Below, one piece after another: positions 32,178-36,638 of a stretch of 36,638 nucleotides of DNA. Origin of the DNA: a virus. Every line of letters begins with the position of its first letter. The stretch's first letter is position 1. The notes below the pieces were generated by a model, which was not told where the DNA came from, did not search any database, and worked only from the letters and a program-made list of their open reading frames with translations. The DNA is taken from positions 1-36,638 of IMG/VR virus record IMGVR_UViG_3300045988_109756, one strand, 5' to 3'. The position numbers were made by a program, and so were the translations under genes.

Positions 32178-33686
32178 ATGGCTGATGAAATCACAACCGT
32201 CCCCGAAGAACAGGCTCTTTTCCAGCTCTCCAACGGTCGCTACATCATGGACGAAGCTCAGTCCAGAGTGATGTTTCAGATTAAGGAAGCACAGCCTGAG
32301 CATAGCCACCCGATCAGCGGCACGGGGTATTCGTGGGACGAGTCCGGCATGGCAGAGCTGTTCTCCGAGTGCTACAAGAATGATACCCGCTACTGCCCCG
32401 AAGCGAAAAGCTGGTTCACCTACTCCGAGGGTGCATGGAGAAAGGATACCGGCTCTCTGCTGGTAGCTGAGAAGATCAAAGAGTTCTGCCGCCTGATGGC
32501 TCTCTACTGCGGCGAGATTGCCAATGAAGAACGCCGTACCGAGTACATGAAGTTCATCGTGAAGATGGGCGATCGGCGTTTCCGTGACCGGCTGATGAAG
32601 GACGCTGCCAGTGTGCTTCCTATCGCTTCGGTGGAGTTTGACGCAAATCCCTACCTTATCAACTGCAAGAACGGCACTTTCGACCTCGAAAAGATGGAGT
32701 TCTGGGAGCATGACTGGCGTGACTTCCTGACCATGCAGACCAACTTCAACTACACCTTGCAGGACGCACGGTGCCGCCGCTGGGAGAAGTTCGTTGCAGA
32801 GGTTACTTGTAATGACGAAGACAAGGCTGACTATCTGCAAAAGGCGCTGGGGTACTCTATGTTGGGTATGGCAAACGAGGAATGTATGTTCATTCTCCAC
32901 GGCAAAACCACCCGCAACGGCAAGTCCACTATGCTCTCGGCAATTCACCACCTTCTCGGTGACTATGCTTCCGTGTCCCCCGTGTCGATCATCTGCAAGG
33001 CGGAGCGGTCGAAGAATGCCGAAGCCGCTAACCCCATGCTGGCTTCCCTGAAAGGCAAGCGGTTTGTCACCATGGCTGAGAGTAACCAGTATGGCAAACT
33101 GGACGAGGAAACGATCAAGCAGCTCACAGGCGGCGAAGAAATCAAGGCTCGGAACCTCTATGAGACTGCCACGACCTTCCTGCCGCAGTTCACCCTTTGG
33201 CTCTCTTGTAACGACCTTCCGACCGTCAGCGACAAGTCCCTGTTTGCTTCCGACCGTGTGCGAGTGATCGAGTTCAACCGTCACTTTACCGAAGCGGAGC
33301 AGGACAAGAACCTGAAAAACGAGTTCCAGACACAAGAAGCCATGCAGGGCATTTTCGCTTGGCTGGTCACTGGGTACTTCAAGTACAAGCGGTTTGGCCT
33401 GAAAATGTCCCCCGCCATGCGGAAGGTGGTCAACCAGTACGAGCGTGACAACGATCTTTGCTTGCAGTTCCTCGAAGAACGCTGTGAGCAGGCTGAGGGA
33501 GTCAACACCCGTTCGAAGTCTCTGTTTGACGCTTACAAGATTTGGTGCAAGTCCAACGGGTACTTTGCCTGTTCTGCCAAGCGGTTCAACGCTGACATGG
33601 AAACCCACCCTGAGTGGCACGGCGGCAAGGTTGTGTATCAGGGCTACCCCGTCTACAAAAACCTCAGACTGAAAGGAGCGTCTTAA
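32178..33686 (+). CDS. D5/P4-family primase-associated SF3 helicase
   Basis: Walker A HGKTTRNGKST, a Walker B-like FVTMAESN, and a D5_N-like N-terminal half. Confidence 0.8.
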   Translation: MADEITTVPEEQALFQLSNGRYIMDEAQSRVMFQIKEAQPEHSHPISGTGYSWDESGMAELFSECYKNDTRYCPEAKSWFTYSEGAWRKDTGSLLVAEKIKEFCRLMALYCGEIANEERRTEYMKFIVKMGDRRFRDRLMKDAASVLPIASVEFDANPYLINCKNGTFDLEKMEFWEHDWRDFLTMQTNFNYTLQDARCRRWEKFVAEVTCNDEDKADYLQKALGYSMLGMANEECMFILHGKTTRNGKSTMLSAIHHLLGDYASVSPVSIICKAERSKNAEAANPMLASLKGKRFVTMAESNQYGKLDEETIKQLTGGEEIKARNLYETATTFLPQFTLWLSCNDLPTVSDKSLFASDRVRVIEFNRHFTEAEQDKNLKNEFQTQEAMQGIFAWLVTGYFKYKRFGLKMSPAMRKVVNQYERDNDLCLQFLEERCEQAEGVNTRSKSLFDAYKIWCKSNGYFACSAKRFNADMETHPEWHGGKVVYQGYPVYKNLRLKGAS

Positions 33687-33862
33687 TAAACCGTTCATAC
33701 AATTCTATCCTCTGCCGTTTCGGTATCCACACAGCAGACCCGTATGTTCACATTCAGGTTAGGTGTCGGAATGGTTCTCACCGCTGGCAGAGCAATTATG
33801 AAGTCTGTAAACGGTGTGGTAAGCGCCTGAGAAAAATCCGCATTGTAAAGGAGCGTCCGTAA
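33686..33862 (+). CDS. possible small Cys/His-rich protein with no canonical start
   Basis: RBS gaaaggag (33671-33678) is followed 7 nt later by ATA. The only ATG in this frame (33614) lies 73 nt inside the helicase gene. Confidence 0.25.
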   Translation: MNRSYNSILCRFGIHTADPYVHIQVRCRNGSHRWQSNYEVCKRCGKRLRKIRIVKERP

Positions 33863-34056
33863 TGAAGCCTGAATACTGCCCCGATTATGTGGGCGTTGCC
33901 TGCGTTGATGGCACTTGCCCTGTTGCCAACTGTGAAGAATACGCTGAGCGGTGTATGCCTGTCATTTCATGTTGCCGGGACTGCTTCTATTATAAGGGCT
34001 GTGAAGACTGTGCAATCTCTGACGATTGCGACCGAATGGAGGATAAACATGAGTAA
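33862..34056 (+). CDS. Cys-rich small protein (12 Cys in 64 aa)
   Basis: RBS aaaggag precedes the start, which overlaps the upstream stop (TAATG). Confidence 0.55.
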   Translation: MKPEYCPDYVGVACVDGTCPVANCEEYAERCMPVISCCRDCFYYKGCEDCAISDDCDRMEDKHE

Positions 34057-34279
34057 AAAGTGTGCATGCGGTAACGAAATGTTCACCGTCTTCATGTGTC
34101 GTAAGTGCGAACACCTTCTGTATGTCGAGGAAGACGAGAACTTTCCTCAGAAACTCGGAAAAATCGCCGCCAAATCCTGCCCCTGTTGCGGTGAACAGGA
34201 CGAGGGACTGTGGAGACTTCTCGGTCGAGCGGAAGGGTTCGAGGGAACGATTTTCGTGGAGGAACAGGACGATGAATAA
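34049..34279 (+). CDS. zinc-ribbon small protein
   Basis: MSKKCACGNEMFTVFMCRKCEH...CPCCGEQ, with a ggagg RBS. Confidence 0.55.
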   Translation: MSKKCACGNEMFTVFMCRKCEHLLYVEEDENFPQKLGKIAAKSCPCCGEQDEGLWRLLGRAEGFEGTIFVEEQDDE

Positions 34280-34451
34280 TGATGCTGTGAGAGAGTTGCT
34301 GAACGCCGTTGGTGCTTTGGCTGAAATGTCTCTGAATTTTTACAGGGCTGTACTCAATGCGGGTGCAACCAAAGAGGAAGCCTTTGTTCTCTTGCAGTCT
34401 TTCATCTCTGCTACCATTCACGGCAACAAGGAGAAAAGCGATGAAGACTGA
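34272..34451 (+). CDS. hypothetical helical protein (59 aa)
   Basis: ATG 34272 overlaps the previous ORF end. Gene packing is tight. Confidence 0.45.
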   Translation: MNNDAVRELLNAVGALAEMSLNFYRAVLNAGATKEEAFVLLQSFISATIHGNKEKSDED

Positions 34452-34632
34452 GAAAAAGAACCTCAGCCGTATTTCCATCGTAGTCACGGCACAGACCAAG
34501 GGCAACCTTGAACGGCTGGCGGCGGTCTGCGGCTACTCGGAGATCGGTCGAGTGGTTGACAAGTTCGTTCGGGAGAAAATGATCTCCCTCCACGACTACA
34601 GGAAAGGAGAACGGGAATGTTTGCGATACTGA
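34441..34632 (+). CDS. ribbon-helix-helix (CopG-like) protein
   Basis: RISIVVTAQTKGNLERLAAVCGYSEIGRVVDKFVRE fits a beta-alpha-alpha RHH pattern. Confidence 0.55.
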   Translation: MKTEKKNLSRISIVVTAQTKGNLERLAAVCGYSEIGRVVDKFVREKMISLHDYRKGERECLRY

Positions 34633-34799
34633 CAAATACGAAGAGTGAGGAAATCCTTGTAAATCTCAATCTGGTGCAGACTGTCAACTCGTTTAACGAT
34701 AAAACAGCGCTCCATTTCGGAAAAGATGAAGATTACATCCTTGTACTTGAGTCACTTGAATATATCTACGACTTAGGGAGGAGGTATCGGCTTGACTGA
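34617..34799 (+). CDS. hypothetical protein (60 aa)
   Basis: Its ATG overlaps the RHH gene 3' end by 16 nt. Confidence 0.45.
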   Translation: MFAILTNTKSEEILVNLNLVQTVNSFNDKTALHFGKDEDYILVLESLEYIYDLGRRYRLD

Positions 34800-35040
34800 C
34801 AAAGAACGCCTGATCGAAATTATCAACACCAAAATCCACCGCAAGAATGGTGTTCCATTGGAGGTCGTGATTGCCGACTATCTATTGGACAACGATGTAT
34901 TGCCGGTGATTCGCTGCAAAGATTGTAAGTATTTTCTCCCTCCGACTAAAAACGATTTTACTGCTTGCCGTTATGACAAGTGTGGAGGAATGCTTGCACC
35001 GGCCCCAAACGACTTTTGCAGTTACGGCGTACCGAAGTAA
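34792..35040 (+). CDS. Cys-containing hypothetical protein (82 aa)
   Basis: A TTG start lies 7 nt after a gggaggagg RBS. CKDCKYF..C..C pattern. Confidence 0.5.
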   Translation: MTDKERLIEIINTKIHRKNGVPLEVVIADYLLDNDVLPVIRCKDCKYFLPPTKNDFTACRYDKCGGMLAPAPNDFCSYGVPK

Positions 35041-35138
35041 CTGTCGAAAGTGAGTTAGGTGATAAAGGTGATAAAGGTGAGTGTTTTTGCAAAGACTTTT
35101 TTCAAATTGGCGTGTTTTGAAAAATTGTTTTTCGTATT

Positions 35139-35249
35139 TTAGGTGAGTTAGGTGAGTAATCGGGCATAAATGCCTATAACTCTCTCTTATACGCGCGTAT
35201 ATAGAAATAGTTATAGGGAAATGCACCCGATTACTCACCTTTATCACCT
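35139..35249. repeat. 111-bp extended imperfect palindrome, copy 2, directly upstream of terS
   Basis: Its outer arms are identical to copy 1 (19122-19232) and its interior has diverged. Extra GGTGAT/GGTGAG 9-bp-phased boxes lie at 35058-35081. Confidence 0.9.
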
Positions 35250-35275
35250 TGGCGATTTTGAAAGGAGAAACGACT

Positions 35276-35824
35276 ATGTCAGATGAAATTGTGAAAAAGC
35301 GCACTCGGCCCGATCGTAAGGAAGCCATGAGCGTCCATACAGAGCCGGGTGACAATAGAAAATATCTGGAACATTCGATGGTCATGCTGGACTGGCCTGA
35401 TGTGAATGTGAGAGAACCTGAACAGGTCAAAGAGCGTATGGGTATGTACTTTGCTCTGTGCGCTCAGGACGATATGAAGCCCTCTGTTGCTGGTATGGCA
35501 TTGGCTTTTGGAGTTGATAGAACGACTCTATGGAAATGGGCAAATGGAGTGGATAGTAAGACTTTGCCCTCGGAAAGCCGCAACCTTGTAAAAAAGGCGT
35601 ACCAACTTTTGAACGCACAGATGGAAAATTATATGCAGAACGGGAAGATCAATCCGGTCGCTGGTATCTTCCTGATGAAGAACAACATGGGCTATGCGGA
35701 CAAGCAGGAGGTCGTGTTGACACCCAACCAGCAGCTCGGAGATCAGGTTTCCGCCGAGGACTTGGAGAAGAAGTATCTCGAAGATGTGGTGGGTGCGTCC
35801 AGTGACAATGACTCGGAGGACTGA
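35276..35824 (+). CDS. terS: terminase small subunit
   Basis: HTH segment PSVAGMALAFGVDRTTLWKWANG and the C-terminal NPVAGIFLMKNNMGYADKQEV pattern typical of Firmicutes phage TerS. RBS aaaggag precedes the start. Confidence 0.7.
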   Translation: MSDEIVKKRTRPDRKEAMSVHTEPGDNRKYLEHSMVMLDWPDVNVREPEQVKERMGMYFALCAQDDMKPSVAGMALAFGVDRTTLWKWANGVDSKTLPSESRNLVKKAYQLLNAQMENYMQNGKINPVAGIFLMKNNMGYADKQEVVLTPNQQLGDQVSAEDLEKKYLEDVVGASSDNDSED

Positions 35825-35826
35825 GT

Positions 35827-35903
35827 GACTTTCACGACTTTTGCGACTTTCCCACGACTTTGGTTTACGACTTTGCGACTTTGGTTTACGACTTTGCGAC
35901 TTT
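35827..35903 (+). repeat. array of eight GACTTT boxes including a 21-bp tandem duplication
   Basis: Boxes start at 35827, 35836, 35845, 35856, 35869, 35877, 35890 and 35898. The unit ggtttacgactttgcgacttt occurs twice. Confidence 0.9.
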
Positions 35904-35912
35904 GACAGAGCT

Positions 35913-35947
35913 GCCGATCTCCCCACGGGGTCGGCGGCTTTTCTTTT
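35913..35947 (+). terminator. rho-independent terminator after terS
   Basis: GCCGA..CCCC-ac-GGGG..TCGGC hairpin followed by ggcttttctttt. Confidence 0.6.
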
Positions 35948-35988
35948 CCCCGGCTGATCGGCGGCGAGTTCTACCGGGGCGGCGTGGG

Positions 35989-36026
35989 CGCTGCCGGGGT
36001 TCCGGCCTGATCGGGGCGGCGTTTTT
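35989..36026 (+). terminator. second putative terminator / GC-rich hairpin
   Basis: CGCTGCC..GGCGGCG stem followed by a T5 run. It contains the 19-nt CGGCCTGATCGGGGCGGCG that is also found at 1396-1414. Confidence 0.4.
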
Positions 36027-36091
36027 GCCCTTTATAATGTATAGTGCGGAAAAGTGTAGTTTTTCAGACGGTGTAAAACCTCAAGAAAAAC

Positions 36092-36167
36092 ACTGAAAAT
36101 ATTTTGTGTTTTGGGGTTGACAACTGAATAAATTCAGTGTATATTAAAAGCACAAAATAAATTCAGT
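36092..36167 (+). promoter_or_regulatory. promoter B with three operators (-35 TTGACA 36117-36122, -10 TATATT 36140-36145)
   Basis: It carries the same 54-bp block as promoter A. The palindrome ACTGAA-TAAA-TTCAGT lies at 36123-36138 and the upstream box at 36092-36107. An extra inverted box ACAAAATAAATTCAGT lies at 36152-36167. Confidence 0.75.
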
Positions 36168-36192
36168 GCAAATCTTGAAAGGGGTTTTTACA

Positions 36193-36384
36193 ATGACAGT
36201 TAAACAGCTTTTGGAGAAAACATGTGCTACCGTTTCCATCGTGGACGGGCCGCATAAATACCCGGTTTCCGTGTGGGGCTTGCTTTACGACGCTTTCGGA
36301 GATTGTGTTGTTAACGACATTCAGCCTAGCGCAGACGGTGACGGGCTGGAAATCACGCTGAAAACACAGCTTGTGCGAGAATAA
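36193..36384 (+). CDS. hypothetical protein (63 aa)
   Basis: RBS gaaagggg precedes ATG 36193. It is the first gene after promoter B. Confidence 0.55.
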   Translation: MTVKQLLEKTCATVSIVDGPHKYPVSVWGLLYDAFGDCVVNDIQPSADGDGLEITLKTQLVRE

Positions 36385-36400
36385 GAAAGGAGTTTTTACA

Positions 36401-36638
36401 ATGTTAGAAAATCGTGAGTATTGCAGGAGAATTGCAGAAGAAATCGAAGAATACGCCGCCGGGAAAATGGTAGACGATGACGGAAACGAGCTCAGCTTGT
36501 ATGATTATTTGACTGATGTGCTCGATTATGAGTTTATTGTTAATAGCCGGAAAAAGTATGAGTCCGCTAAAATTTGGGTTGCTTTGGGCGGCCCTAATGT
36601 GTGGATTGATACGGCGGAAAGGGCGGTAAAATTGGCAT
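36401..36638 (+). CDS. 5' part of the junction-spanning hypothetical protein (continues at 78-163)
   Basis: RBS aaaggag precedes ATG 36401. The frame is open to the window end and continues through the overlap. Confidence 0.6.
   Translation, partial: MLENREYCRRIAEEIEEYAAGKMVDDDGNELSLYDYLTDVLDYEFIVNSRKKYESAKIWVALGGPNVWIDTAERAVKLA
36562..36638. repeat. 77-bp terminal overlap (second copy of 1-77)
   Basis: Identical to 1-77. Confidence 0.9.

Noticed and set aside
32067-33698. 543-aa ORF on the - strand, the longest minus-strand ORF outside the lysogeny module
   Set aside because: It lies exactly antisense to the D5/P4-type helicase gene, whose Walker motifs are clear. It has no RBS, and its Leu/Val/Gly-rich composition is typical of a shadow frame in GC-rich coding DNA.
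35860-36096. 78-aa ORF with a repeated peptide (VYDFATL twice), and the possibility that the GACTTT array is a CRISPR-like array
   Set aside because: The ORF is a by-product of the DNA tandem repeat and runs through two terminators. The repeat units are 6-21 bp with no unique spacers, far too short for CRISPR, and no cas genes are present.

Overview
The window is a complete, circularly closed genome of a temperate siphovirus-like dsDNA phage. Bases 1-77 are identical to 36562-36638, so the unit length is about 36,561 bp. GGAGG-type ribosome-binding sites (RBS) and rho-independent terminators suggest a Firmicutes/Bacillota host, which is an inference. Almost all genes are on the + strand. Layout: (a) terS at 35276-35824. 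(b) A ~4.5 kb, visibly AT-richer island that wraps the contig junction (35825-36638 plus 1-3800). It has two near-identical promoter/operator modules, four terminators, about 12 small ORFs, an HTH regulator, a small serine recombinase and a membrane OB-fold protein. (c) terL, a promoter-to-terminator moron, then portal, scaffold, capsid, head-tail joining genes, tail tube, G/G-T chaperone with a GGGAAAC slip site, tape measure, tail tip genes, holin and amidase endolysin (3801-19115). (d) On the - strand, a large serine integrase and an XRE repressor (19261-21443). (e) A rightward early, replication and recombination module (21677-35040). It holds a Cro-like protein, an Hjc-like resolvase, an SF2 helicase, a family-B DNA polymerase split by an HNH endonuclease gene, an ERF annealase, a DNA methyltransferase, a YqaJ-like exonuclease, DUF1599/MazG/ThyX, an AEP primase, a D5/P4-type helicase and many small Cys-rich ORFs. 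Most notable observations: the island splitting terS from terL; a 111-bp extended palindrome present twice, bracketing the late operon; the genes-in-pieces polymerase whose motif A sits in a different frame from the rest; a phased GACTTT array after terS; and a 22-bp inverted-repeat pair upstream of the small recombinase operon. Protein-family calls come from motif recognition by eye. No searches were run. No tRNA, rRNA, CRISPR array or reverse transcriptase was seen.
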